Part shown: in pieces, positions 29,315 to 37,969 of the stretch | Layout: each line of letters starts with the position of its first letter | Position numbering within the stretch: position 1 is the stretch's first letter | NCBI GenBank assembly: GCA_963745235.1 | Contig: CAVUXE010000054.1 | Location: 64,001-128,000 of the forward strand | DNA: 64,000 bases | Source: an uncultured Spirochaetota bacterium | GTDB lineage: Bacteria; Spirochaetota; Spirochaetia; SZUA-6; Fen-1364 | Reading direction: 5' to 3' | Translations under genes and position numbers: made by a program | Notes under the pieces: generated by a model | Told to the model about the DNA's origin: nothing | The model's input: only the letters and a program-made list of their open reading frames with translations | Databases searched by the model: none

Positions 29315-29346
29315 ATCGAGGGAGAGTGGTGTCACTCTCCCTCGAT
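29315..29346 (-). terminator. Perfect 14-bp stem-loop after the binding-protein gene
   Basis: ATCGAGGGAGAGTG-GTGT-CACTCTCCCTCGAT. Confidence 0.65.
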
Positions 29347-29353
29347 TGTTTCG

Positions 29354-30349
29354 CTAGTCAAGCTGCTTCCACTTCCTGTCGCCCCACAGGTGCTTGAAGT
29401 CCCCGATATTCCTGTACGTTACAACATCCCCGCCGAAATACAAGGTGGTGGGGATCAGGTCAGACCGCCCGTTGATCCACTTGTCTGCCATGATTCCCGT
29501 CCAGACTCCCTGCAGGTAGGGATACTGGGAGAAGCACGCCGCCACATCGCCGTTTCGGATGGCATCCAGGGTCTCGGGGTTTCCATCAACGCCGACCACG
29601 ATGGGCGCTCCCGGCGTGCCCGGCTGCTTGAAGAGGTTCAGCTCTTTCAGGGCCGCCGCGGCGGGCTTTGCGAGCAGGTCCGTTCCCAGGATGAACACGT
29701 TGGCGTCCCTGTGCTTCAACAGAATATCCTTGAACAGGGGGATGTGGGCTTCGAAGGGATCTCCGCCGCCTCCCGCGCCGCCGATCTCACCGACCACATC
29801 GTACTTTCCCTTGTACTTCAGGGCCATCTCATCCATGAACCCGTCCACGCGATCCACCAGCGGGACCACGTTGACCGCGAAGTAGTCCTTGATGATGTGC
29901 GCCGGAGCCCCCTTGAGCTCCTTGATGACGAAGTCCGCAAGGGCTGCGCCCGCCTTCCTGTTGTCCGTGATGAGGAAGCTGTCGGTGGGCGTGTTGATGT
30001 CCCGGTCAATGCAGAAGACCGGTATCCCGTCCGCCCGCAGTTTCTCCACGGCGGGCGAGACGGAGGCGTAATCATAGGCAATCAGGGCAACCGCCTGGAC
30101 CTTCTGCGTATCGAAGTTCATGAGCTGCTGCAGCTGCTGAGCGGGGTCGTTGGCTGCATTCGTCACGATGACCTTGTAGCCCATTCCCTCCATGGTATCC
30201 TTGAGGCCGTTTGCGGCCGCCCAGTAGAACGGGGCTGTCGCAAAGGGAAGACTGAAGCCAATCGTACCCGGCTTCACCCTGGCCTGGGCCGTCACGGTCA
30301 TGGAAACGACAACCAGCAGGCTCAGGAGAACAAGCAGGCCTTTTCTCAT
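29354..30349 (-). CDS. Sugar ABC transporter substrate-binding protein (RbsB-like)
   Basis: Signal peptide; PFY, GIPVFCIDR, TDNRKAG and VVGVDG. Confidence 0.88.
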   Translation of the reverse strand: MRKGLLVLLSLLVVVSMTVTAQARVKPGTIGFSLPFATAPFYWAAANGLKDTMEGMGYKVIVTNAANDPAQQLQQLMNFDTQKVQAVALIAYDYASVSPAVEKLRADGIPVFCIDRDINTPTDSFLITDNRKAGAALADFVIKELKGAPAHIIKDYFAVNVVPLVDRVDGFMDEMALKYKGKYDVVGEIGGAGGGGDPFEAHIPLFKDILLKHRDANVFILGTDLLAKPAAAALKELNLFKQPGTPGAPIVVGVDGNPETLDAIRNGDVAACFSQYPYLQGVWTGIMADKWINGRSDLIPTTLYFGGDVVTYRNIGDFKHLWGDRKWKQLD

Positions 30350-30409
30350 AGTGCTACCTCCATGGCGCGGATATTTTTGCACACGGCAAATCCGTTGTCA
30401 ATAAAAATC

Positions 30410-30435
30410 TATAATCTTATTAGTAAAAGATTATA
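30410..30435. promoter_or_regulatory. Inverted repeat between divergent operons, probable GntR operator
   Basis: TATAATCTT-N8-AAGATTATA, between a minus-strand TTGACA (30396-30401) and a plus-strand TTGACT (30444). Confidence 0.55.
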
Positions 30436-30443
30436 ATGTTATA

Positions 30444-30473
30444 TTGACTTCCGGCCGCGGGGGCCGCTATGAT
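30444..30473 (+). promoter_or_regulatory. Sigma70-like promoter of the E2 gene, probably leaderless
   Basis: TTGACT-N18-TATGAT, ending 7 nt before ATG 30481. Confidence 0.65.
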
Positions 30474-30480
30474 CCGGGGT

Positions 30481-31620
30481 ATGGCAAAAGAGATCAGGAT
30501 GCCGAAGCTGGGGCAGACCTCTGAGGAGGTGCATCTGATCCGCTGGCACGTCACGGCGGGGGACACGGTGAGAAAGGGAGACCCGCTGTGCGAGGTGGAG
30601 AACGACAAGACCACCATGGACCTGGAAAGCTTCGCGGACGGGACGGTGCTCCGGCTGGTGGCCCAGCCGGACTCGGTGGTGAGCGCGGGGGCGGTGATCG
30701 CGCTCATCGGCGAGCCTGGCGAGGTGACGGCGGGCAATCCGGCCCCTGAGGCTCCACCGACCCCGCCGGTGGACGTCCTGGCACCGGAATCCCCCCGCCG
30801 CCACGCGGAGAACACGGTGACGGCAACCAGGCTCGTCCGTCATCTCGCCGAGAAGCGGGGAATCGACCTTGCTTCGGTGAGGGGCACGGGTCCCTCCGGC
30901 CTCGTCGTCATCAAGGACCTGGAGGCGCCGAAAGCGGCCGCGCCGGGGGCGGCCGCCGCCCTGAGCGAGCAGCAGCTGCAGCTCGGGCGTCTCCTTGCGG
31001 AAAGCAAGGCGCGCGTGCCGCACTACTACCTGGAGAGCACGTTCCTCTGTGAGAGGCTTCTGGAGCTCCGCGAGAAGAAGCGCGCGCGGGAGGGGGACAC
31101 GCCGGCGGTGGATTCGCTTTTCATCCTGGCGGTGGCCGCAGTCCTGCGGCGCTTCGCGCGGATCAATTCCTCCTTCCGGGACGGGAGCCTTCACCCATCG
31201 GACAGGATCAATATCGCTTTTGCGACATCCGTGGGTGACGAGCTCTTCGCGCCCGTGGTCCGTGACGCGGACAGGAAGAACCTCGAAGAGATTGACCGTG
31301 ACGTGAGGCGGCTGACGGCGAAGGCGAGAAACGGCAGGCTGGAGCGGGAGGACATTTTCGATGCCACCTTCACCATCAGCAACCTGGGGATGTACCCCGT
31401 GGATTCCTTCCAGGCCATCATCACTCCGCCGCAAGTAGCGGTCCTGGCCATCGGGAGGATCCGCAGGATCATGGACGTGGAGGACAACAACTCGTTCCGC
31501 GTGCGGCCGGTATGCTCTGTCTGGGGAAGCTTCGATCACCGCGCGGTGAACGGGGCGCAGGGGGCAGAGTTTCTGCAGGCGCTGAAGCGGTTCGTTGAGG
31601 AGGAGATCAATCTCATATGA
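30481..31620 (+). CDS. Dihydrolipoamide acyltransferase (E2) of a 2-oxoacid/acetoin dehydrogenase complex
   Basis: Lipoyl domain EVENDKT, subunit-binding GTGPSG, TFTISNLG and FDHRAVNG. Confidence 0.93.
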   Translation: MAKEIRMPKLGQTSEEVHLIRWHVTAGDTVRKGDPLCEVENDKTTMDLESFADGTVLRLVAQPDSVVSAGAVIALIGEPGEVTAGNPAPEAPPTPPVDVLAPESPRRHAENTVTATRLVRHLAEKRGIDLASVRGTGPSGLVVIKDLEAPKAAAPGAAAALSEQQLQLGRLLAESKARVPHYYLESTFLCERLLELREKKRAREGDTPAVDSLFILAVAAVLRRFARINSSFRDGSLHPSDRINIAFATSVGDELFAPVVRDADRKNLEEIDRDVRRLTAKARNGRLEREDIFDATFTISNLGMYPVDSFQAIITPPQVAVLAIGRIRRIMDVEDNNSFRVRPVCSVWGSFDHRAVNGAQGAEFLQALKRFVEEEINLI

Positions 31621-32630
31621 GGAAGGAAAAGGCAACGCTTGACGGGGCGGTGGAGAAAGTCGGCGCCGAAAGAGCGATACGCATGTACACCACCATGGTG
31701 GAGATCCGGGAGTTCGAGGACAAGATCAGGTTCCTGTTCCTGGAAGGAAACATGCCGGGGACCGTCCACCAGTATATCGGCCAGGAAGCATGCGCCGCCG
31801 GGGTATGCGCCGCGCTCCAGGCGGATGACGTCATCGCCTCGACGCACCGCCCCCATGGACACGCCATCGCGCGGGGCCTTTCCATGGAGTCGATTGCCGC
31901 GGAGCTCTACGGAAGGAAAACCGGATGCTGCAAGGGAAAAGGCGGCTCCATGCACATCGGTGATCTGCCGCGGGGGATGCTTCCGGCCATCGCAACCGTC
32001 GGTGACAACATCCCCATCATTGCAGGCATGGCGCTTGCGTTCAAGCTCAGCGATCAAAAGCGCGTGGCCCTCAGCTTCTTTGGTGACGGGGCCACCAACG
32101 AGGGGGCTTTTCACGAGGGACTGAACTGCGCCGCGGTCTTCAACCTCCCCGCGGTCTTCGTGTGTGAAAACAACCTCTACGGTGCCTCCACTCCCGTCTC
32201 CATGGTCATGAAGGTCAAGGATGTTGCTGAGAGGGCAGCCTCGTACGGGATGCGCTCTTCCATTGCGGACGGGATGGACGTTTTCGACGTCTTTGAGAAG
32301 GCCAGCCAGGCAATCGACAGCGCCAGGGCGGGGGAAGGCCCGACTCTCCTGGAGCTCAAGACCTTCCGCTACTCGGGGCACTCCCGGAGAGATCCAAACA
32401 ACTACATGCCCAAGGAAGAGAAAGAGGCCTGGAAGCAGAGGGATGCCATTGCGTCCTGCGAAAAAGTGCTGGTCGGGTCCGGGGCGGCAAGCAGGGAAAA
32501 GATAGAGGAGATCAGGCAGGCGGTCACCCGGAAAGTCGAGGCCGCAATGAAGTTCGCGCAGGACTCCCCGTTCCCGGATCCTGAGGCCGTGGAGGAAGGG
32601 CTGTACGTCAACATGGGAGTGCCCAGATGA
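31617..32630 (+). CDS. ThDP-dependent dehydrogenase E1 alpha subunit (AcoA/PdhA-like)
   Basis: GQEA, STHRPHGH, GKGGSMH, FFGDGA..ENN and RYSGHS. Confidence 0.93.
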   Translation: MRKEKATLDGAVEKVGAERAIRMYTTMVEIREFEDKIRFLFLEGNMPGTVHQYIGQEACAAGVCAALQADDVIASTHRPHGHAIARGLSMESIAAELYGRKTGCCKGKGGSMHIGDLPRGMLPAIATVGDNIPIIAGMALAFKLSDQKRVALSFFGDGATNEGAFHEGLNCAAVFNLPAVFVCENNLYGASTPVSMVMKVKDVAERAASYGMRSSIADGMDVFDVFEKASQAIDSARAGEGPTLLELKTFRYSGHSRRDPNNYMPKEEKEAWKQRDAIASCEKVLVGSGAASREKIEEIRQAVTRKVEAAMKFAQDSPFPDPEAVEEGLYVNMGVPR

Positions 32631-33643
32631 GAGCGAGCATTGTCGAGGCGCTGCGGCAAGGGATCTCCGAGGCAATGGAGAAAGACCCTCGGGTCTTTTG
32701 TATTGGGGAGGACGTCGACATCCCGGGCGGCTTTGGCGGGGCGTTCACCGTTACGCTGGGGCTGGCGGCGCGCTTCCCCGGAAGGATGGTCAATACACCC
32801 ATATCCGAAGCGGCCATATTTGGAATGGCCTGCGGGGCCGCGGCCATGGGAATGAGGCCGATTGCGGACGTTCAGTACGGAGACTTCCTGATGAACGCGG
32901 CAAGCCAGGTCGTGAACCAGATTGCGAAGCTGCGCTACATGTCTGGCGGCAACCTCAAGCTGCCTCTTGTCATGCGGGCCCCTGTCGGCGTGACGGGGAG
33001 AGGCGCGCAGCATTCGCAGAACCTCGAGAGCTTTTTCCTGAGCTGTCCGGGGATCAAGATCGTGGCGCCATCCACCGCATACGACGCGCTGGGCCTGCTG
33101 CGGACGGCGACAAAGGAGGATGACCCCGTTCTCATCTTCGAGCACAAGCTGCTGTATGGCTCCAAGGGCGCCAGGGCTGAAAAGGGCACCGTGGACGCAT
33201 CGTCTGAAATTCCCGAGGCCTACTACGACATCCCCATGGGCAAGGGGATCATCCGCAGGAGCGGGAAGGACGTGACCCTGATCGGGAGCCTTCTCATGAG
33301 CCACTTCAATTCCCTGGCCGCTTCCGATCTGGAAAAGGAAGGAATTGACTGCGAGGTCATTGACCTGCGCTCCATCTGGCCGCTTGATGATGAGCTCATC
33401 ATGGGATCAGTCAAGAAGACCGGCCGCGTGGTGATTGTGGAGGAAAGCCCGAAGCAGGGCGGAATAGGCGCGGAGATCGGGGCGCGCATCGCCGAGGCCA
33501 TCCCCGACTACCTGCTTGCGCCGCTCACGCGGGTTGCCGCTCCCAACACCCCGGCGCCATTCTCTCCCGTCCTGGAAAAGCTCTACGTCCCGCAGCCGCA
33601 GAGGATCGCTGAAACAGTGCGGGACCTGATGGCCAGGTACTGA
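32627..33643 (+). CDS. ThDP-dependent dehydrogenase E1 beta subunit (AcoB/PdhB-like)
   Basis: GEDV, TPISE, AQHSQ, DDPV..EHK and EVIDLRS. Confidence 0.93.
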   Translation: MRASIVEALRQGISEAMEKDPRVFCIGEDVDIPGGFGGAFTVTLGLAARFPGRMVNTPISEAAIFGMACGAAAMGMRPIADVQYGDFLMNAASQVVNQIAKLRYMSGGNLKLPLVMRAPVGVTGRGAQHSQNLESFFLSCPGIKIVAPSTAYDALGLLRTATKEDDPVLIFEHKLLYGSKGARAEKGTVDASSEIPEAYYDIPMGKGIIRRSGKDVTLIGSLLMSHFNSLAASDLEKEGIDCEVIDLRSIWPLDDELIMGSVKKTGRVVIVEESPKQGGIGAEIGARIAEAIPDYLLAPLTRVAAPNTPAPFSPVLEKLYVPQPQRIAETVRDLMARY

Positions 33644-33760
33644 CCAGGAGCACGGCCGAGGTCGCCGCTCCCGGCTTCTGCTAAAGCAACCGCGCACGTG
33701 TACCTCACCGGCTTTCTCCTTCCTTGTCGCGACAGGGCCCGGGGCTCTATGATGAGCGTC

Positions 33761-34024
33761 ATGGCCACACCGCTTCGCATGCCGGACCTGGACACGGTGG
33801 GCGGCAGGGTCACTCTGGTCAGATGGCTCAAAGCGGAGGGAGACACCGTTGCCCTGGGCGAGCCTCTTTTCGAGGCGGAGACGGACAAGGGAGTGAGTGA
33901 GATCGAGGCCTCCCTCGCGGGAGTGATCGTCAAGCTCCTCGTTGCTGACGGTGCACAAACCATGGCGGGTGACACCATCGCCCTGATCCGCAGACCGGGA
34001 GAACCACAAGGGGAGAACTCGTGA
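33761..34024 (+). CDS. Stand-alone lipoyl-domain protein
   Basis: MPDL..WLKAEGD..EAETDKG lipoylation motif; 87 aa; own TTGTCG-N18-TATGAT promoter. Confidence 0.82.
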   Translation: MATPLRMPDLDTVGGRVTLVRWLKAEGDTVALGEPLFEAETDKGVSEIEASLAGVIVKLLVADGAQTMAGDTIALIRRPGEPQGENS

Positions 34025-35109
34025 AGGCTTTTTCGCAACCAGTCGAGCCCGACATCTCCGAGATGCTGGATGTTCTTTTCCGACGCCGGCTTCCGAAGCG
34101 GGTGCACCACGCTGAGCTCTTTCTGGACCCGGAGATCAAGGAAGCCGTCGGTGAGCGTTTCGGTCTTTCCTCCGGGTTGAACCGCGCAGATCCGCTCTTC
34201 GAGACAAAGCGGGACCTCGCCCTTCATTCCTTTCTCGGGTATGACATGTTCCGCGTGGGAGTGGCGCGAAAGACCGTTTTCCAGACGGCAACCCTCGCGG
34301 CAGCCGACACGACGTCCCAGGCAGGGCAGGGAAGATCGGCAAGGGACTGGCAGGAGGAGCACGCGGGGCCCATTCAGGGCTGGAAGGACTTCGAGGCGTA
34401 TCGCTGGCCCACGGTCGCCGGCATCGATTTTTCTCCCCTGGAATGGCTGGAGCGGAACATGCCCGAAACCATGGGGTGCTTCGAGCTGACCGCCCACATC
34501 TTCGAGATCCTTTCCTTTCTCCTTGGCTACGAGTCTCTCTGTTATGCGGTGGTGGACCAGCCGGAGCTTGTGGATGCGATCCTGGAAAAGGCCGGTGCCT
34601 TCTACGTGGATTTCACCCGGGCGCTTGTAGACTTCTCACGGGTAGCCGTGGTCTGGGGCTCGGATGACCTGGGGTTCAGGTCAGGCACCATGATGTCGCC
34701 CGACTTCCTGCGCGGAAAGATCCTCCCGTGGCACAAGCGCTGCGCCGGGATCGCCCATTCCAAAGGCAAGCCATACCTTCTGCATTCCTGCGGAAACCTG
34801 GATGAGATCATGGAGGACCTCGTCTCGGATGTCGGCATTGACGGGAAGCATTCCTTCGAGGATGCCATCCTGCCCGTCACCGAGGCCAAGCGCCTTTACG
34901 GCGCGCGGGTGTCGCTCCTTGGCGGGATCGACATGGATTTCCTGTGCAGGTCGGATGAGGATTCCATCAGGGCGCGGGTGAGAGAGACCCTTGAGATGTG
35001 CTCACGGGGGGGCGGGTACTGCCTGGGCACCGGGAACACGGTTGCAAACTACGTGCCGCTTGACAACTACCTCTGCATGCTGGATGAGGGCCGGTCATTC
35101 AGGGTGTAG
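34021..35109 (+). CDS. Uroporphyrinogen decarboxylase (URO-D/MtaA-like) family protein
   Basis: SDDLG, LHSCG, HSFED, GGIDMD and YCLGTGN; GTGA overlap with the lipoyl gene. Confidence 0.87.
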   Translation: MKAFSQPVEPDISEMLDVLFRRRLPKRVHHAELFLDPEIKEAVGERFGLSSGLNRADPLFETKRDLALHSFLGYDMFRVGVARKTVFQTATLAAADTTSQAGQGRSARDWQEEHAGPIQGWKDFEAYRWPTVAGIDFSPLEWLERNMPETMGCFELTAHIFEILSFLLGYESLCYAVVDQPELVDAILEKAGAFYVDFTRALVDFSRVAVVWGSDDLGFRSGTMMSPDFLRGKILPWHKRCAGIAHSKGKPYLLHSCGNLDEIMEDLVSDVGIDGKHSFEDAILPVTEAKRLYGARVSLLGGIDMDFLCRSDEDSIRARVRETLEMCSRGGGYCLGTGNTVANYVPLDNYLCMLDEGRSFRV

Positions 35110-35145
35110 CGGACAGTGCGAAGGCGGTTGCACGCGCGGGACGCT

Positions 35146-35592
35146 TCAATAGTCCTGCAGGCAGGGAAGGTAGAACCTCTGCATCGCCTTGAGCAGCTCG
35201 TCCGCGCCTTCTACGGTTCCCCGAGCGCTGGACAGCTTGTACAGGACGGTATAGGTGCCCCTGTAGCGGAACGAGAAGGTGAACCGCTCGGATTCCACGC
35301 CATTTCGCTTCATGACGAAGTCTATGACTGCTTCATTTCCCTGCATGCTCTTCGGTTCGAGCTGAAAGTCGACAGTCTCTCCGTCCCGCGTGACGACCTC
35401 CTGGAACTTCGCGTCACGAAACAGGGCCCCCATGGTCCTGTTGCCGAAGTCTGAAACGCCGTCTTTGACGCACAGGCGAGAGCTCCAGACGGACTCCGCA
35501 ATGGCGGGCGCGGTCATGGCGCCGCCGGCGGGGAGAATGAGCAGTGACAGGAGCAAGCCGGCAAACAACAGGTTTTTTTTCTTCATGGTCAT
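35146..35592 (-). CDS. Hypothetical exported protein
   Basis: MKKKNLLFAGLLLSLLIL signal-peptide-like N-terminus; fills the gap between two plus-strand genes. Confidence 0.6.
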   Translation of the reverse strand: MTMKKKNLLFAGLLLSLLILPAGGAMTAPAIAESVWSSRLCVKDGVSDFGNRTMGALFRDAKFQEVVTRDGETVDFQLEPKSMQGNEAVIDFVMKRNGVESERFTFSFRYRGTYTVLYKLSSARGTVEGADELLKAMQRFYLPCLQDY

Positions 35593-35679
35593 GCGCTCGG
35601 TACCACAGGTATCGGGCGGCCCGTTCATAATCTTGAAACCGGGTTGACTGCGGGGGACGCTGCCTCTCATACTCCTTCC

Positions 35680-36765
35680 ATGATCGACCCGGTGCGGCTT
35701 GATGACGAGGCAGGCGTTCTTGTCGTCCTGGACCAGACACGCCTTCCCGGCGAGACCGTCTTCCTTCGCCTGTCGAGGCAGGAGGAGATCTGGGAGGCGA
35801 TCTACGAGCTTCGGGTGCGGGGCGCACCCGCCATCGGCATCGCGGCGGCCTACGGTGCCTATCTCGGCGTTCGGGGCTCATTTGCAAAGAACCACGCAGA
35901 GCTCGTTCAGCAGTTCGCCCGGGTGAAGAAGTACCTTGCATCCGCGCGTCCCACCGCGGTGAACCTTTTCTGGGCGCTGGACCGGATGGAGGCGCGTCTT
36001 GCGCGCGAAAGAGGGCTGGCTCCCGCAGATGCCGTGGCCGCGCTGCGGGATGAGGCGGAAGCGATCCGCGCGGAAGACGAACAAGTCTGCCGCAGCATTG
36101 GGGAGCACTCCCTGAGCCTGTTGAAGAAAGGGTGGGGGCTTCTCACGCACTGCAACGCCGGGGCGCTTGCCACGTCACGATGGGGGACGGCAACGGCCCC
36201 CATGTACCTGGGCGCCCAGCGGGGTTACGGCTTCAAGATCTACTCGGATGAGACGCGACCCCTGCTGCAGGGGGCCCGGCTCACGGCGTGGGAGCTGTCC
36301 CAGGCAGGGATGGACGTCACTGTCATTTGCGACAACATGGCTTCCGTCGTGATGAAACAGGGATGGGTGCAGGCCGTGCTGGTCGGTTGCGATCGGGTGG
36401 CCGCCAACGGGGACACGGCAAACAAGATAGGCACATCCGGGGTCGCGATAGCGGCGCGACACTACGGGATTCCCTTTTACGTCCATGCGCCGCTTTCCTC
36501 GGTTGACCTGAAATGTCCCACGGGGGATGACATCCCCATCGAGCAGCGAAGGGCGGAAGAGGTCACCGAGAAGTGGTATGTGCGCCGCATGGCGCCTGCC
36601 GGCGTGAGCGTCTACAATCCCGCCTTCGACGTCACCGACCACCAGCTGATCACCGCAATCGTGACGGAGAGGGGGATTGCCTGTCCGCCATTCACCGAGT
36701 CTCTTGCCAGGCTTGCCTCGCTTCCCGCGGAGGCTCGTTCTCCCCAGGGGCTCCCGTCAGGCTAA
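35680..36765 (+). CDS. mtnA: S-methyl-5-thioribose-1-phosphate isomerase
   Basis: LDQTRLP, VRGAPAIG, RPTAVNL, THCNAG, ETRPLLQGARLT, ANKIGT and NPAFDVT. Confidence 0.95.
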   Translation: MIDPVRLDDEAGVLVVLDQTRLPGETVFLRLSRQEEIWEAIYELRVRGAPAIGIAAAYGAYLGVRGSFAKNHAELVQQFARVKKYLASARPTAVNLFWALDRMEARLARERGLAPADAVAALRDEAEAIRAEDEQVCRSIGEHSLSLLKKGWGLLTHCNAGALATSRWGTATAPMYLGAQRGYGFKIYSDETRPLLQGARLTAWELSQAGMDVTVICDNMASVVMKQGWVQAVLVGCDRVAANGDTANKIGTSGVAIAARHYGIPFYVHAPLSSVDLKCPTGDDIPIEQRRAEEVTEKWYVRRMAPAGVSVYNPAFDVTDHQLITAIVTERGIACPPFTESLARLASLPAEARSPQGLPSG

Positions 36766-37949
36766 AGTCCTTCTGTACGCCGCGGCTCCCGCCGCTCGGC
36801 AAATGCCACCGGGTTTCGGCTGATCAGGATGCTCGGAGCCGCGAGTGAGAATCCGGCAACTATGGCGATCATGCCGCGGATCCCCACCGCGTCCGCCAGG
36901 ATGCCGCCGATCCATGGCCCCGTGAACATCCCGACCGCGTAGACGGCCTGGTGGATCCCCATGGCGGTGCTGCGGTGATAGGTGTCCACCCGTTCGATGG
37001 ACAGGCCGAGCAGAATGGGGAAGAAGAGGCCATTCGCCAGGCCCATCACGATGGTTGCAACAAAGAGGAGCGTTACGGAACCAGAGGTCGCGGCCAGGAG
37101 GGCTCCGCCGGCAAAGGCCGCAAAGCTTCCATAAACCAGGATCCTTTTGCCCCCGCGTCTGGCCAGCGCGGTCGCAACCAGGTTGGCCGCCGCGTTGGAT
37201 GCGATATTCAACGTCATCAGGAGGCTGACCGCGACACTGCTCGCTCCCACCTGCTTTGCCAGAAGCGGCATGAACCCGAAGGTGATTGCCCACACGCTGA
37301 ACTGGCACAAGGCGTTCGTGAACGATGGAATGAGGACATCCCGTCGGGAGAAAATGGACAGGATTGACCGCGTGCTGACCATTCCGCGATGAGCGGCGTC
37401 CTTGCGGGGAATCCTGACGAACATGACGATGCCCGTTGCGGCAAGCGCCAGCCCGGCTGCCGCAATGAAGGGCAGGTCATGACCTCCCCAGGCTTCCAGG
37501 AAGCCCGTGGAGCCGGTCCCGATCACCTGGCCGAGTGACGAAGCAAAAGAGGCGAGTGACGTGGCAAAAATCGCCTTCTCGGGAGGGAAGAGTCCCGCAA
37601 ACGCGATCATCATGGGCACCCAGGCAGCCCCGGAGACTCCCGTGAGGGCGCGGCCCGCGGCCAGCAATCCGACCGAGTGCCCCAGCATCATCACGATCGC
37701 GCCGAGACCGGCAAAAAGAACTCCCGCAACAAGGTATGCCTTGAGCCGGCCAGTCGCGTCGGTCACGACTCCCAGGGGGACCCGGATCACCGCTACCAGC
37801 AAGCCGTACATGGAAAGAACCACACCCACCGCTGTCAGGCTGGAGGTGCGAGCCGCAATATAGGCGGGAAGGGTCGGCACATACGTGTAGAGAGCGGCGA
37901 AGAACAACAGAGACGCTGTGAACAGGGCGCGAATTGGGCCGCGATTCAT
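36762..37949 (-). CDS. MFS transporter
   Basis: About 12 hydrophobic segments; motif A-like GVVTDATGR and GRALTG. Confidence 0.88.
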   Translation of the reverse strand: MNRGPIRALFTASLLFFAALYTYVPTLPAYIAARTSSLTAVGVVLSMYGLLVAVIRVPLGVVTDATGRLKAYLVAGVLFAGLGAIVMMLGHSVGLLAAGRALTGVSGAAWVPMMIAFAGLFPPEKAIFATSLASFASSLGQVIGTGSTGFLEAWGGHDLPFIAAAGLALAATGIVMFVRIPRKDAAHRGMVSTRSILSIFSRRDVLIPSFTNALCQFSVWAITFGFMPLLAKQVGASSVAVSLLMTLNIASNAAANLVATALARRGGKRILVYGSFAAFAGGALLAATSGSVTLLFVATIVMGLANGLFFPILLGLSIERVDTYHRSTAMGIHQAVYAVGMFTGPWIGGILADAVGIRGMIAIVAGFSLAAPSILISRNPVAFAERREPRRTEGL

Positions 37950-37969
37950 GAGGGATTCTGAACTGCTGT

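Noticed and set aside
17626-36765. Class II aldolase plus mtnA as a 5'-deoxyadenosine/MTA salvage (DHAP shunt) cluster
   Set aside because: The genes are 17 kb apart with no kinase or phosphorylase partner adjacent; possible but unsupported here.
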